In this document: positions 40,535-55,700 of the stretch, piece after piece
Numbering within the stretch: the first letter of the stretch is position 1
How the letters are laid out: each line of letters begins with the position of its first letter
NCBI GenBank assembly: GCA_044892525.1
Contig: CM097885.1
Coordinates: 45,386,001-45,450,000 of the forward strand
DNA length: 64,000 bases
Direction of reading: 5' to 3'
Source: Schmidtea polychroa
Lineage: Eukaryota
Notes under the pieces: generated by a model
The model's database searches: none
Seen by the model: only the letters and a program-made list of their open reading frames with translations
Told to the model about the DNA's origin: nothing
Made by a program: the position numbers and the translations under genes

Positions 40535-40712
40535 CAATTCTCCGCGTCTGTGTGCGCACACAATTCAAATCAACAAAGTAAAAAGCGCACACAGACGCGA
40601 GATAAACTAATAATTTGACCATTTTACGCGTCTGTGTGCGCACACAACCCAAACAACAAAACGCAGACAGAGAACGCACACAGACGCGACAAACTAATAA
40701 TTTACCACACAA
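40535..40712. repeat. ~76-bp imperfect tandem repeat with CGCGTCTGTGTGCGCACACAA / CGCACACAGACGCG inverted motifs
   Basis: Two units seen directly; possibly TE subterminal repeats. Confidence 0.7.
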
Positions 40713-40835
40713 GCTTCAAATTTTTCTAAAAGCGTGACAAATCACTTATTCAAACAAATTAATTCAGATATTCAACTATTACAAATCAAAATAATGCTGG
40801 TTTTGAAAATAAAATGGCTTCTTTGATTTCGATTC

Positions 40836-41026
40836 CCGGTAAGTTTATCGAAAACGAGTTTATCGAGTTTAAGGAATTAAAAACTTTTAAATTTTTTCTT
40901 TAAATACAGAAACTTAAAATGTGTTTATAATAGCATTTGTTGCAAAAGATTAGTGATAATAATTTAAATATTTAATTCCTTAAAAATAATATTTTTCGAT
41001 AAACTCGTTCTCGATAAACTCATCGG
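40836..41026. mobile_element. MITE-like inverted-repeat element
   Basis: ~30-bp imperfect IRs CCG(G/A)T(A/G)AGTTTATCGA(A/G)AACGAGTTTATCGA. No clear TSD. Confidence 0.55.
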
Positions 41027-42755
41027 CTACCTTGATTTCTGCTGAAAGTAAAAATATAAATACTTAAAAAATAAATGTTGCAGAAAATATACATCCAACT
41101 ATGGTAAAAATTAGTAAAATTGAGAAATCCTTTCAACGATTTATGAAAGAAATTCTGATTAACAGAATGAAGTAGAAAACCAGAAAATGAAGATTTACAG
41201 ATAATTCTGGGTTTTAGACACATTAAAGTAGCAAGGCTAATATGATATAAGACTTTTACAAAATATTTTCGATACTATCAAAACCAATATTATTTCATTT
41301 TTGACACAAAGATTAATCGGATTGCAGTGAAAGAGCTAGCAAAAAGTAATTGCAATCTCTTGGATAGCAAAGGATTTGTCTTTAAAAACTTGAAAACTCA
41401 AAATACTAATTTATACAATCAAAACATTAATTTAAACAAAATAAAGATCTCGAAGAAAAAAGAAATATAAGTTATTGTCGATAATTAAATTATTTTATCT
41501 ATTGTTTATGAATACATATTATGTTGTGGCTGTACAAGTTGGATGTGAATTAATTAATTAAATTCTGAATTTTGCAAATTAATTAAAAATAAATTGCAAA
41601 TTGTTCAAATTATTTGTTTGCGAATTAAATGATAAATAATTGACTATTTACTGTTTCTAGTTCTCGTTCTCTTCAGTACATCGATTGGCTATCCTTTGTT
41701 TCTCCTTTTTATAACATTTACTTTATGTAGGTATGAAGTGCTGATCTATGATACATACATATTTCCTTACGAGTTGGTTTTTTCTAAAATCCGTAGGTTG
41801 GAGTATCGACTTCTATTCTAAATTTTAAATTCAGTAAATTGAAGGATCCATCTTCTGTCAGATATGGATTTCTAACTTAATATCTCAGTGAGCCGCATTA
41901 AATATATAAAATATTTCTTCCGCTTCCTTTCTACTCTTGGTCGTGATAAAGATATCATATACACATCTCGAGTAGAAACCGATGCATGATGTAGTCCTTA
42001 TTGTTTGTCTTTCGAGGTTATACATAAAGATGATTGCTTACAATCCTGAGATGCATGAACCCGTTGGTAGACATTTAATTTGTTTATATATCTTTTGTTC
42101 AAAGGTAAAATAGATGTTTTAAAGGATAACAATAAAAAGTTGGATAATATTTTCCGTATTCTACTAATGACGTTTATACGGATATCAAGCGCATACCCTA
42201 AATAATCTTGAATTATAATGGGAATGCCTATTCGACACTCAATATTAAGAGGTCAAAATAAAAATCTATTGAATCTTTGTACTTATACAAAATAATTTTT
42301 TGGAAAAAAATTCATGTTTTTAATATATCAACAATTTTGTTTAATCTTCATTAACAACACATAGTCACTTTATTATTCCTGCTGTGGACTCCTTTCCGTT
42401 TTATCGTTTCCTATCAAATCATAAAATATTGACAAAAATAACGAAAATATATTTGATGAAAATTTTCAAATCGTCACAAAGTGACAGTAACATTTTCCAC
42501 AAAAATTAAAATAAACAAAATCACATCCAAAGTCAAATCTTTTTCTTACAATTAAATTTAGAACATTGTAATCAAGTTTCTTGCCAATAATATAAACAAA
42601 GTTTTAATTTTACGATTTTACTGATAGTAAGAAGAATTTTATTTTTAATTGCAGAAATTATGTGTACAGATGACCTTTCATGGACAGTAATAATTGCATG
42701 AATTGTGTAAAAAAATAAAAATAAGTGTTTGGCTTTTTTAATTTTAACTAGTTAA

Positions 42756-43491
42756 CCTTTTCCAGCTCAAATATTTTTTATTCCATGTGCACACAGTATA
42801 GGTTATGCGATAGCGCGCTGGTAACTGCGATTGTTTTTCTGTCATCTTATACAAATTTGATGCATATTCAGCATTGCCAACTGTCAAAAATGAGTCTAGG
42901 ATATTTACCCCCTGGACATTTTCTCCCCAGCCAATTCCCCTTGGACATTTCGAAGGATTATAATAAACCTTCAAATTGTTAAAAACCTTAGAATTTTTCA
43001 AACCTTATAATATGTATATCAAACAAAAGGTATACTCTGAGTTTATCCGACAAGATATTTCCTCTCCTTATGGGTACTGCTTACAAGGGTACTGGTCATA
43101 CTCAACAACTCAAAATATTATTATTTTTATTAATATTATTATTTATTTTTTATCAGGGTCATTGATGACTCATTCAAGGTCAAATATATTAACATTTATT
43201 TTTTAGTCTGTTATTTTAAATTTTATATTTTGTATTCTGCTGAATAAATTTTTGTGTTAATCGAACTTTTCTATTTTATATTTTTGTAATGAATAAACTG
43301 ATCATTATATTTTATTTAAAATTTCATGGGGTGAATATCCTTGGGGGAAATTTCCAAGGAGGAAATATCTTGTTCCCGTTAAAAATACACTTAGCTTCAA
43401 TTCACATTAGTTACTGCCACCATTTGTCATTGTCCAAAGGCAAAATTTGAATTTTGAATTAATTATACTGGAATCACTGGGCTGGAAAGGA
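42756..43491. mobile_element. Non-autonomous piggyBac-like element with nested repeats
   Basis: TTAA|CCTTTTCCAGCTCA ... TGGGCTGGAAAGGA|TTAA. Confidence 0.6.
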
Positions 43492-46400
43492 TTAAATCTT
43501 GGTTAAAATTTTGATTAATTTGTTTTTGTTTTATTAAAAATAGTTAAATAAAAAACAACAATAATAATAATAATAATATAATTAAAATTTTTAATTGATA
43601 ACACATTTTAGATGAATAATTAAATTTTTGTTTTTGCAAAATAATTTATTTTGACAGACAAATTCTATCAAATCCGGAAATACTTTGGAATTATGATCAA
43701 TTAGGGATGTTTTTTTATAAATCAAAATACTAATGCTCTGTCTAATTTAAAAATTTAAATAATTTCATCATCTTTATAATTAGTATTATCATTATTACAC
43801 TTGCATAATGTCCGTTGAATAATATGTGAATCTGGTCATGGATATATACAAATAACTCAGGGAAACGTTTAAATTACTATAAGCATAATACAATAATCTC
43901 TGTAAAAATAGTTTGCTTAGGAGAAAATATTTTGTATATGGAAAAAAGGAATTGTTTACAAATTTCCATCAACCTTTACTTGTAATATTTTTAAAGAAAT
44001 TACAAATTTTAAGTGACAATAAAGTTATCAGAAAACTACTTTGCGATAATCATAAATATTACATCCTTTTATAATTATGTTATATTTACTGACTTTTACG
44101 CCGGAAATAGATTTTTGACTTTGATTCCAGCTATTTAATATATAATAACTAAGACCCAATAATTTTGAAACTTTATTTTGAGCACCGTAAATCATATAGA
44201 CTTTGGGTTATTAAATAGTTTCGGCATGGAAAAAATAATTATGAATCCATGTGACATTTTCAAAGATTTAATGGCAATAGATAAATGACAAATATTCAAT
44301 ATTCAAATAACAATAGTCACAATTATGATACAAATCCCTTTTCAGTTTGAACTAGTAGAAGATAAATCATTCGGAAACCATTTCACCGAATACGAATCTG
44401 TTATCGTACAATTAATCAGAGCAACAAGGTCTTTCTTTTTATATTTGATAAAACCTTTCACTAAATCTTTGCAATACTAAACTATTTATTACTATTTTCC
44501 AGAAAACATTTTTCAAATATACTGGCAATTTGGGTAAATAGTCTGCCTCTTAAAGAGCTCACTTCTAGTCAATCAATCCTATCTCCTTTCTTTTCTCAAT
44601 TAAAATTTTATTATGAAGTAACTAGAGGCCAAAAACTAATTAAATAAAATAAAATCGCATTAACTTGACCACTACTATCCTGCCTATCAAGCTCGGAAAT
44701 TTTGTTTATGATAATAATCTATTTAAAATTTCAATTGCTTTATTAATAAGTTTATATTTTTTGAATAACCTCATTTAGAATTAAAATATTCGTGTTTGTC
44801 TTTACATTTTCTACACCTTCATACTAGTTTCCGTTAAAGATATTAATCTATTGATTTTTAACATTTTTTTCTTTATTTTTGCACTTCATTTCATTTTTCT
44901 GAAATTTGATAAATTTTGCTTTTAAATTCCTTTGCAAACTCATACATTTAGTTTTTATTTCTCACCAATTTATACAAACTCAACATGAAGATAGATATCT
45001 TTATAACTGTTTTTCATTTTTAAATTCACTATCAGTTTTATCTTTCTACCAAAATACAAAATCTAAATAAAGTCGACTGCTTTATATACAATGTGTTTTC
45101 ATCAATCATCCTATTTTATTCTCTTTTCTCCTATTTTTTTTTAATCATATCGATTTAAAACTATAATCCTTAATGATCCATTGCTTGTCAAAATATGGCT
45201 TTTGTTTAAATATCGATAATTAATTACATAGACAATTTTTAATTAAATAATGTTTTGAACTTATTTCTCCTTGGGACCCTATTATTTAATTTTATTTTGC
45301 AATCGCTATCAAAATAAATTCCGAAATTTAATTAATTAATTTTTAATTAATTTGCAAAACTTCAAAAATTCCTAAACACTCATGCTCAAGTTAATATAAA
45401 TTTGTACTTACTAAAATAGGAATTTCAACCACAGATTGTACAGTGAGATAAAAGTCATGTTTTTGAAATTAGAAGATATTATGTGTAAGTTTGATTTCAA
45501 CCTCTCTCTTTTTTGGCTTTCAGAATATTCACTCAGCACTTTATGTCACCATCTGCATGTTTTTATTTTCAGCTTCCTATTTTCTGTGTTTTGAGATAAA
45601 AAATTTCTTGGACATCGAACATAGGAAATGGAAATTATTATATAAGACTAGTTATCAATTTTATTATAAACCATTGTTATTTTATTTTAATATATATATT
45701 TTTTTCACTGTATTCATATAAAATGTTCAAATGAAAAGGAAATTCAAATTATATTTATGAAAAAAAAATTAATTTAATTTTTAGAAGATTTAAGTCTGGG
45801 TTTTCAAAAAAAATCAATGAGAAAATTAAATTTTTAAAAATAATTAAAATATTGAAGAGAATTAGTAATTAAAATTCAAACTATTTTGCTATTTATCAAT
45901 GGAATTGAGTCTTCGTCATGCCATTCATATTATTTGAAAAATATGAATTGAAACAAATAAATCAAGCTGTCAAAATATGAAAATAAATCAAATAGAATAT
46001 GAAGAGATGGCTGAAAATATGGAATCCAAAAAGAAGATATATTTTAAAATTTTTATTATTAATTATTTGTGTTTTGAGCATAACAATAAATTTTGTTTTT
46101 TTATGTCGCTTAATTTGAATTAATTAAATTTCATACAAATTACTAATTAATAAATTGAATTAAATTAAATGAAAATTATTATTTTGATAAAAGGGATTAG
46201 TTGATCATTTATAATGAAAGCAATGTTCTACTGATAGTCAGCTTATGATTTTCTCTGTCCTTTCTGGTAATAAATCACGATTTAACTATTAATAATATCT
46301 TGAATTAAACTTTTTATATTGTTTTTAATTTAATTTTATTTAGATTTAGCTGGTTACAGTTATTTAACCTGCTAACCGGGTGAGACATCCGAGTAAATAG

Positions 46401-46599
46401 TAGTGACTACGGGTGTAGACTAAAAAATATGTTTCAGTGTTTTTTAATTAATTTTTTAATTAATTTAAATAGATATTTCACTTTTATCCTCGATAACAAA
46501 AAACCTAATAATTAATTATATTTAAATATATTTCATTTAAACCATTATAATTTTTTTATTATGTTGATTGTCTTTGTGGTGCTTCATATCATACAAATG

Positions 46600-47170
46600 T
46601 CAATATGATCATAACAACAACATACATCTTCTCTAACTCTTCTTTCCATCGAACGCGGACTTACCAGTCAAATAAACTTCAATGAAATTATCACTAATTT
46701 TGAAAACATTAAAACAAGAAAAGTTAAGCTTTGAGCCTTTGATATAGAACTAGACGTTTATCAGTATAGTGTGAGTTTCTATCTTTATGTATGAGCTAGT
46801 AAGTATGGTACATTGACACTATTGTTTTTATTAATAATACATTATACCACAAGTATTGCTGTAGTGAGTATTGTTGCAGTGTAGTCAGTATTAACTCAAC
46901 AATATCCGGTTTTATCCACCAATTTATTTAGTATTATTAAGTAAATAATAAACTGTAAATTAGTATTATTCCTGTCTTTTGCATTTTTGATAACCACGTT
47001 GTATCACTGTCACTGTTAGACTACAAAATTATTGTCATAAATAAGATAAGAGAAATTCAATTATTTGTTTCTAACAATTGAAAAAGTAGCAAAGCTAAAA
47101 TTTGTCAGTTTGTCAAAGGCGCCAAAAATAAATTTACCAAGGTGCCTCTGATTTTAGGTATGGATTAAAA
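46600..47170 (+). mobile_element. hAT transposon 3' remnant
   Basis: SIERGLTSQINFNEIITNFENIKTRKVKL* resembles the hAT dimerisation-domain end; downstream GGCGCC subterminal motif. Confidence 0.5.
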
Positions 47171-47941
47171 ATATTTTAATTAATAAATTAAATTTATCGG
47201 ACTTGATGTAATAATGTGTCTTTAGGGAGAAGCGTGGGCCCGTTGTAAGTTGTGTAATTGGCGAATTGACTGGCCGGTTAACCAGTTAATTTCAGAGAGT
47301 TACGTAATCGTTTTTGTATTTTTACCTATGATAGAAATTAATGGTAAATATTTTTGTTGTTGGGTTATTAAATAATTTCGGCAGGTAAACAATTATAGTT
47401 ATAACTAATGTAATAGGATGTTTAATGTTTCAATTAATAATTTTTGCAAACAATACAATTTATACATTCTGCTCTACGGACAGGAGCTTTATTGGAGTTC
47501 ACTTCAAACTATTTACAAATATGATCTAGCACTAATTAATAAAAACTATTAATCTGATTCATTAATAGATTAGAAATCCTAATTCACATTTAATAATGTT
47601 CGCTTGAAATTTTGTTAGATCATTCTTGTCGTTTAATTAAGTCTTTTATTTTCTCAGAGTAAAAATTATATTATTTTCACTTTATATTGATTTTTTCACA
47701 TTTTCAATTAAATTGTGCTGCAATCAAATTTTCTAAATTTTGGTTTCCTTTGCACTCTTATGATTTTATTTTTATTTCTTAATTTATGCTATCTAATACA
47801 ATATATTTGTTGTCTTCAAATTTTAAAACCATTGAAACTTTTCACATTAAATATTATTCCCCTGGAATCCAAATAAAAATAATATTAGTAATATTTGTTT
47901 AAATTTCTATAGAAAATTTTTAACATGCAAAAACTGTTTTA

Positions 47942-48130
47942 CCACTTAATGTACACATTTATTTTGAATTTTGTGTAATAATATAATACAAATAATATAA
48001 TAAATAAAGTAATTCAAAAAAATTAAATAATTAATCAATTCAAACAACACGTTATAAACACGCTATACGTAAATATCATAAGTAAATATAATGTTCGCCC
48101 GTCTATGTCACGGGCGCGTACATTAAGTGG
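47942..48130. mobile_element. piggyBac-like MITE
   Basis: 13-bp TIRs CCACTTAATGTAC / GTACATTAAGTGG, flanked by TTTA and TTAA. Confidence 0.6.
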
Positions 48131-48669
48131 TTAAGACTTAAAATTTTATTTCTAAGAAATTTATATTTTATCGCTGATTATATTTAATTTTATATATTAA
48201 TTGTTCAATAACTTTTCTGTTAATGCAGTAATTTATTGTAAATAATTATTTAACGTTAAAATGAATAAAGCAGTAAATGTTAAAAAATGACAGAGTAGCC
48301 AATTTTATTTTTATTGTTCTTTTTTATGGTAGCCTTCATTAGTTGATTTAAAATAATTTATGTTCGTAATAAATAAGATCCCATTAGAGACTCGATTCGA
48401 ACCACACAGTTAGAAGACAGTATAAAACAATAATATTTAAGGACCATTTATTATATATATATATATATATATTTATATAAATATTTAAATATTTATATTT
48501 TCATTGGATACTTTCCCAGCAGTATCTAATTATTGGGGTAAAAGTAATAAATATTCATTATGTCATTCAATTTAAGTAGTATGTCAAATTTAAGAGTTAT
48601 ATTCGCACACAATTCACACACAACTTAGACAGTGTAAAATAAGGCCTTGGTAAAATTTATTTTTAACCA

Positions 48670-50250
48670 TTAAACAATAGTTTGTATGGCAACACTGTAG
48701 AAAATCTAAAGAAGCATAATAATTTAAAGTTATGTTATAAACATATTGTTTAAAAACCAAATTTTAAGAAAGGCAACTTTGATGACGACTTAATTTTTGT
48801 ATTATTAAGAAAAGATTTTGTGTATGAATTAGCCTAGTTACATTAGTCAAACTGTACTAGGTAAGGGATAATTTATTAGATACCTCAAATTATTTACCAA
48901 AACATCCTTTATATTTAAGAAACCTTGACTCGTATATAGGAAAATATATTGGTGAAAGTAAGGATATAATGATATGGATATGATGAATGTATATTTTTAA
49001 GATCCAAATGTTATAATATGAAAGGAAGTAAGAGGTGTTTGTGAGTAAAGGGTGTTACATTGAAAGATACAGGATTAACCCGTAAGTCGTATTTGAATTG
49101 TTATAACATTAATCAAATTTATACAATGTCGATATTTTGTATAATTAGGAAAAACCATTAGTTATTTCGTATTGTTGGAGTTTTCGGGGAAATATTGATT
49201 TTGGATTATTATTTATAACGTCATGACTAGTTTTCATGTTTAAATTCCTAATGCATCTAAGAGTTTTCTATTGATTTCAACCAACCGGTTTCGTACTGTT
49301 TACCTACAAAATATGGTAAATCTCCATCTGATTGGGTACTGGTATACAAGTTTACAGTGTCCTTTATTTTACGGAAATGTAATGCCAGATAAGTTTGATT
49401 TTCTTTTACCAATACATATTTTTCACGATCATCAAGAATATTTATTTTTATATTGTTATAATATGTAGATGTTATATATTCGATTCTTCTCAATAATTTG
49501 AATTAAATCATCTCTATGTTTCCTAACCAATATAAATTTCAATAAAATAACCAAAGTATCCATTCAATGATATTCATATAGATAAAAATTTGTTGATTAC
49601 GCTGCAGTATTTCATATTCTTGCAGTGGCGGAACTTCAAAATTTGGGCCCCCCTCGCAATGTAAAATATTTGCACTTAAATTTTTCGGTTAAAGTTTAAT
49701 AAATAGTTATTCACAGCAGCCGCTATTCAATGATAGTTTTATGTTTGTAGGCAAATATAACTGCGGGAAAAATTTTCAGAAAATGATTGTAAATATTTTT
49801 TTAGTAATAATTTTGGGCCCCCTATAGCTGGTGAGCCCCCGCAACACAGGGTTGTGCGTCCACTAGTTACGCCGCTGGATTCTTGTCACCCTACAATAAT
49901 TTTGCTAATATATGCTTCTTCTGATAATTCCAATTTAAATTTTTATCTAATTTTCCTTTCTCAATTTCACAAGATTTAAATGGGTAAATGTCATTAATTA
50001 ATCATTTATTTGTGAAAAATTTGTATTAATTAAATTTGCTCCTAATGTATGTTCAACATCATAAAAATCATTTATTGTTAATCGAATTGTATCAAATTTT
50101 ATTTTGTTGTTATTTGGAGCAATTTGTATTTGATTTAAGTTATTATCAAAAGTGACTTCTTTTTCATTAAATCCCAATTTTTGAGCTACTTTAATATTGA
50201 CATGTGCTAGGTTATTAATTACAAATTATTTACAAATAATGTTTAAAGTT
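48670..50250. pseudogene. Rearranged Polinton relic: pPolB C-terminus (+, ~48670-49170) facing pVI-like and penton fragments (-, ~49200-50250)
   Basis: Plus strand: LNNSLYGNTVENLKK, DTSNY...HPLY.RNLDS.IGK, KG..LKDTGLT..SYL.CY. Minus strand: IKINILDD...LALHFRK, QSDGDLPYFVGKQYETGWLKSI. Right boundary approximate. Confidence 0.8.
49623..49877. mobile_element. hAT-type MITE inserted in the penton relic
   Basis: CAGTGGCGGA ... TACGCCGCTG termini; 8-bp TSD TATTCTTG/GATTCTTG (7/8); GGGCCC subterminal motifs. Confidence 0.8.
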
Positions 50251-52450
50251 TTTGCCTCAATATATATTAGATAAAATGGAGATTTAAGACAAATTGTATA
50301 TTTATTTTTTGTTTAGTTAAAGTATGACTTTGATTTGATGAAATAATAAAATATTTCAATAATTTATTAGTTGAATAATAATTGTTGATGATTGTAATTT
50401 AATGACAAATGATATTTTCCTCTAATTATCAAAGTTTTCATAAATACAAAAATCATTTAAATTTGGAGATTTATTTTTCGACATTTTTGACAATTTTAAG
50501 GATTTTAAACTATTCTACTGTTTTCAACACAAATCATTTAAAATTAAAAAAAAACAAACATTTTAGTACCCTCACCAACTTCTAAAGACCTACAATTTCT
50601 ATTGTATTCCATCAGTAAATTCAAAAGTCTACCAAACATTTCCTTCGTAAATTGGTTTTTTCACGAAGTATTTTACACTGTCGAAGACCTATGCGTTGTC
50701 GATTATTAATTAAAAAATATTTAATTAAAAAATATTAATTATATTTCTATTATAGATTTCTTTCTACTAGCAGAATCTTGTGATTTTAAAAATTATTTAT
50801 TTAATAGTTTATTTATGTAATATTTTATTTATTTAATATTTTTTTTATTTATTTAATATTTTTTATTTATTTAATATTTTATATATTTAATATATCATTT
50901 AGTAATATCATTTCGTCATTGAAATAAAAAATCAAAATCAAAATTTGACAATTTCCTCAGATATACTAGATTCAAAAATTGCATATTTATTAAAATGCAT
51001 CACCGAAAATGATTGAAATAAATCCTTAATGAAAATTTTGACTGATATTATTGCAAATTTATATTGTTCCAGGAAGAAATTAAATGTCAAAGAAATTAAG
51101 AAATTTCAATATAAAATACTTTTTATATAAATATGTCTTGTAATAAGTAATTTTCCAGTTTTCTGAACCATTAATTAAAACAAATATCAATTTTAAAGAT
51201 TAATAATAAATTTCAGAAATCGCATAGGGAATAAAAAAATAGATTATTCTCTCTACTTAATATAAAATTAACAGATAACTATAAATTTTGACAATATGAA
51301 AATTTTACTGTATATTTGATGAGCTTTATTTATTTTGGTTTTCATTTCCTTGTAAAATTATAATATAAATCCAGGAATTCTTTTGTTGGAGTTGACGGTG
51401 AAATATGAAATTAGCAATTATTGATCTGACTCCAAGCTTGTTTTATCTGGCAACAACAACAATGAATTCCAGACAATATACACCTTTATTGACTCGTACA
51501 AATGATTATATAATTAAAACTACAATAATTATTCAGTACTAAACCAATTGTTATCGAGTGCACATTGCAACACTTTGTGAGGAATACCACTTTTGATGAC
51601 ACTTTCTAATACACGACCACTCAACTACCACTACTTAACTGATAATTGGTAAATAGATCTGGTTGCCCTCTAGCTTTCTAAGTCTCGAATTTTGTTCAAT
51701 TTAATTTGTGTTTCAGCTTTTAATGGGTTGTCATATGCTAGTGTTTACAGATAGCCCAGTGTTGTTTTCGTTTTCATTTTTCAACCAATTTCCGACTTTA
51801 CCACTCATTCTTGTTATTTCAAGTTTATTTTCCAACTTCTCCAATGGTATATTTATTATCTCTACTAAACAGTCGAGATAAGGCAGTTTCATTTTCAAAT
51901 TTTTTTGTTGTTTTTGCCCTTTTCAATTTCTATTTGTTAATTAATAACTATCTTGTCGAATTCCACTATTTGATTTTATCGAGTCTTTATCATTTCCTTT
52001 TCATTTTCCCATTCCTTCCCTTCACTCCTGGTTTTCAGAATTCTGGAACAGCGTACCCTTTATTTTATAACTTTTACCCACTCATTTTGCTTGCTTTAAT
52101 AATTATTTAATTTTATTATTCAAGTATCCTCAAACACTTGTGTATCGCAAAGAATTATATGAATAGCATTTAAATCAAAAGTATGTAAACCATTAAATAT
52201 TGACAAAAAATTTGACAGGACACAAAAAGGGTTTCACTATTTTTCAAAAATTAGAAAAAATTCAAAGCAAATTTGAATAGAAAAATCGAATCTCACTCTT
52301 GCAAAATTCGAGGAAATAAGCTGGTGTTTTTTATAAAATGTTACTTAATTGGAAATTCTGAAATAAATATTTTTATTACTCAAATAAAAATATCGAATTA
52401 ATAGTTTAATATTTGGCCTACTACTGATTAGATGAATCTTATCATGAATA

Positions 52451-52757
52451 TGTTACAGTGAATTGGTATTACAGTGAGAATATATTTTCACTAACGTTTC
52501 AGTGAATTCATATCCGAACATTTATTTTGAACTTACACATTAAATATAATTACATATTTAGAAAAATTAAAAAACTTTTAAAAACACTTCGCAGCTAGAT
52601 GAAAGAAGGGCGACACATAAATGAATACAAACTTACTAAATGTAAACAGTGAATTTGTATCTTCATTGTTAGGTATACATTCACTGACCGGCTTAGCGAA
52701 AATATATTTTCACCAGTGAAAATATATTCTCACTGGTAATACAAATTCACTGTAACA
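52451..52757. mobile_element. MITE with ~40-bp TIRs (TGTTACAGTGAATT...), TA-flanked
   Basis: Inverted termini TGTTACAGTGAATTGGTATTAC / GTAATACAAATTCACTGTAACA; internal CAGTGA repeats. Confidence 0.75.
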
Positions 52758-55700
52758 TATATACTAAATAAATTAACGCTTTTGTCTTCATGTATCAGGA
52801 CTTTTAACAATGTAAAAATCGTAATCCCATTAATCTTTAATTCTAAAGCTAGTTTCTCTTAATTCCCCACATGGGACTAAAAGTCGAATTTCTGAAAATC
52901 TAACAACAATTTTGTATGTATCAAATCAAGAAAAACAGTTTATTTTAAAAACATTTTTTCCTTATTTGCGACTAGTAAAATACTACCTGAAAGAAAATCA
53001 AGATTTCCTTAACAATACCTTATGTCCTTATCATGATCATTCTAATTGTGCTTAAAAAACTGGTTACTTGGTGTATTAGATTATTATATTGTTAATATTC
53101 CATTATTTTTATTCATAATATATTAATATCAGTGGCGTCACTCTGAGGGCGAGGGAGATGCGGACCGCACCAGGTGACACCAAAATGCAAAATATCACTG
53201 TCTATGATTCTGTCACTCAATGAAAATATTCTTATGCATTGTCCAGCGCCCAGCGACAGAAATGTATCATTTTATTGAAATATAAAATATCTGTGTTCAG
53301 TTAGTTATAAACATAAAAAGTGTTATAGTTTTGCGTGTATAATAACTACTACAGAATATAACATTAGGTTTGTTCGTTTCTTTGTAATAACTTCTGATAA
53401 GTTGCACCGAAATAGTACTGAAGTTGCGGTGGATGACAACACTGGGCTGGTTAGAGAATGGCGGTGGTGACGCGCAATTTTTCCAGAGTCCCGCTTCGGT
53501 CTTCTTGTCATAGCACTGTTCTTCACACTGTTGGTCGAAAGGGACCCCTAAACACAATGGCTCCACTCACGGGCGTCGTGTCGATGCTCTTGACAACTGT
53601 CAAAACATCGATTTTTTGGGCCGCCGATCGGCTCCCTTGATCTCTACTTCGGGTAACAAATTTATTTTGTGCAAATGATAAATTTACTTAAAATAATGAA
53701 ATTTAATTTCCCTTAAAAGAATTTACAGCGGTGAACGCTGAAAATTTGAAGAATTCGACTATGAATTACAAATCTGTTATTTTTGAAACAAACAAGTTGA
53801 TCAGAAAATTTTGTCAATTCAATAAGGCTGGCATTTGAAGATTTTTTGAAATTTTGATTTTTAATAAATTTTAAATTTTTATAAGTTTTAAATTATATTA
53901 TATATTAATATTAATTTGATATAAATTACATTTAATAAATGGTTACTTTCCGGTTATCTCGACCTCATAAAAAACGAGTAGTCCCCATATGATCTGCACC
54001 CCTAGGGGCCAAAATACTTTGTCAGATAAACTAAGACTATATGTAAATTTCTATATGACTTTAATTACTTGGCCGGTTTAAAAAAGATTTTTATAATTGA
54101 AACTGTTCATTTTTATCCATGCATTATCCATTTATTTATTAAATTATTTTATTTTATTTAAATATAATTTAAAATTTATTTTATTTAAAACATCGCTAAA
54201 TTTTATTATTTTTAAATAGATTTTTAATCCAATAAAATTAATTTCGAATTTTGTTTATTTTTTTCATATATATATACTGTCTAGATAGAAATATATATGT
54301 TATCTATTTTTCATTAATATATCTTTCACATATTGTGTTGTTTAATCTTATTATAATAGGGAACTTAGATTTTAACCCATATCCTCACACAATACACTTT
54401 CCTAATAATTATTTAAGTTTTTATTTACTATGTGAAAAATATTTAAATTGTTATAATATTGTTATATGTCTAACAAAAATACTGAAATCTTTCAATCAGC
54501 GCTGTTGGGAGTCTTTGGAAGCCGAAAATGTTGTCCCCTCTGCACGGCCCTACTACAGATGATGTGTTATAAAGACATTATAACTAAAAAAATATGTTTA
54601 TAATAAGTACCTAATTTTTTAAAATTAAATTTATTAAAATATTTTAATATAAATAATTAATTTTACCATAATTACAATAATAATAGTTTAACATTTTAAT
54701 TTCATTCTAGAATCACCCATTGTTTTAATAGTTCTATTTTTAAAAAATATATAAAAATCAATATTTTAATTTATTTAAATAAAATACTATTTCCAATACT
54801 TTCATAAGAAGATTAAGTTCTGATCCCAATTAATTCTAGAAAATTTAAAATAATCAATCCAAATTCTACAAAACCAATTGATTTAATATTTGCCATCGCC
54901 CATAATCTCATTGACATTTTGAATTATATTTGTAAATCAATCCCTGGAAATGATTTAAAATGATTTGCGATGCATTCTACGATTTCTTAGAAAAATAGAG
55001 CTGAAAACTCCAATGCACTGGAAGCAGTTTGAATATTCGATTATGCAAATTCCTCAAAAACATACAGGAAAGAAATAATGAGGTTTATTAATGAGTTGAA
55101 TTTGTTTTACTGGTTATAATTTTATCCATTTTTATTTGGGATATTTTTTTCTTGACAATTTTAATATGACTGTCAAATCTGTTCTCTCAAATGATATTTA
55201 AAATAGGAGAACACAATTATTCTGAATAATTTCTTTGATGGAAAAATTATGTTTTTTAATTTTAATTTTCCTTCATCAACTAATAAGCATTTCAACTATT
55301 TTTTTAGTAATTTCAAATTAAAATTAATTAATTAATTTCAAAAATCAAGTTATATTAAAAGTTGGAAAATGGAAAGTTATAGAGTTGAAGATATGAAATA
55401 AAATATTAAAATTTCAATAACAAAATAGTTTTCATTACTAAATAATTGTTTATTCAAAATATTTTTTTAAAAGTTCTCTGTCTGACATTTCTCTGGATTG
55501 TGACTTTGAATCAAATTGGTTATTCAACTTTATGTGACAAGAAATAGTTAATCAAGAAAGCAAAGCAATTGTTATGAAAAATTACATCAACCGAAATAAA
55601 TGATAATTGGAACGTGTCAATTTTGAAGAAGAAATCAGGTAAAACCGTCCCAACCAAATTCAAGTAATTTTGTATGTGTCTTAATTATCCTTTTTTCTTT

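Noticed and set aside
41700..42250. Possible retroelement remnants (also 30200-30830 and 51300-52100)
   Set aside because: Only vague motif resemblance; too degraded to call without a search.
53130..53650. hAT-like left end CAGTGGCGTCAC... and adjacent Cys-containing ORFs
   Set aside because: No matching right end or TSD found; the ORFs are short and have no recognisable domain.
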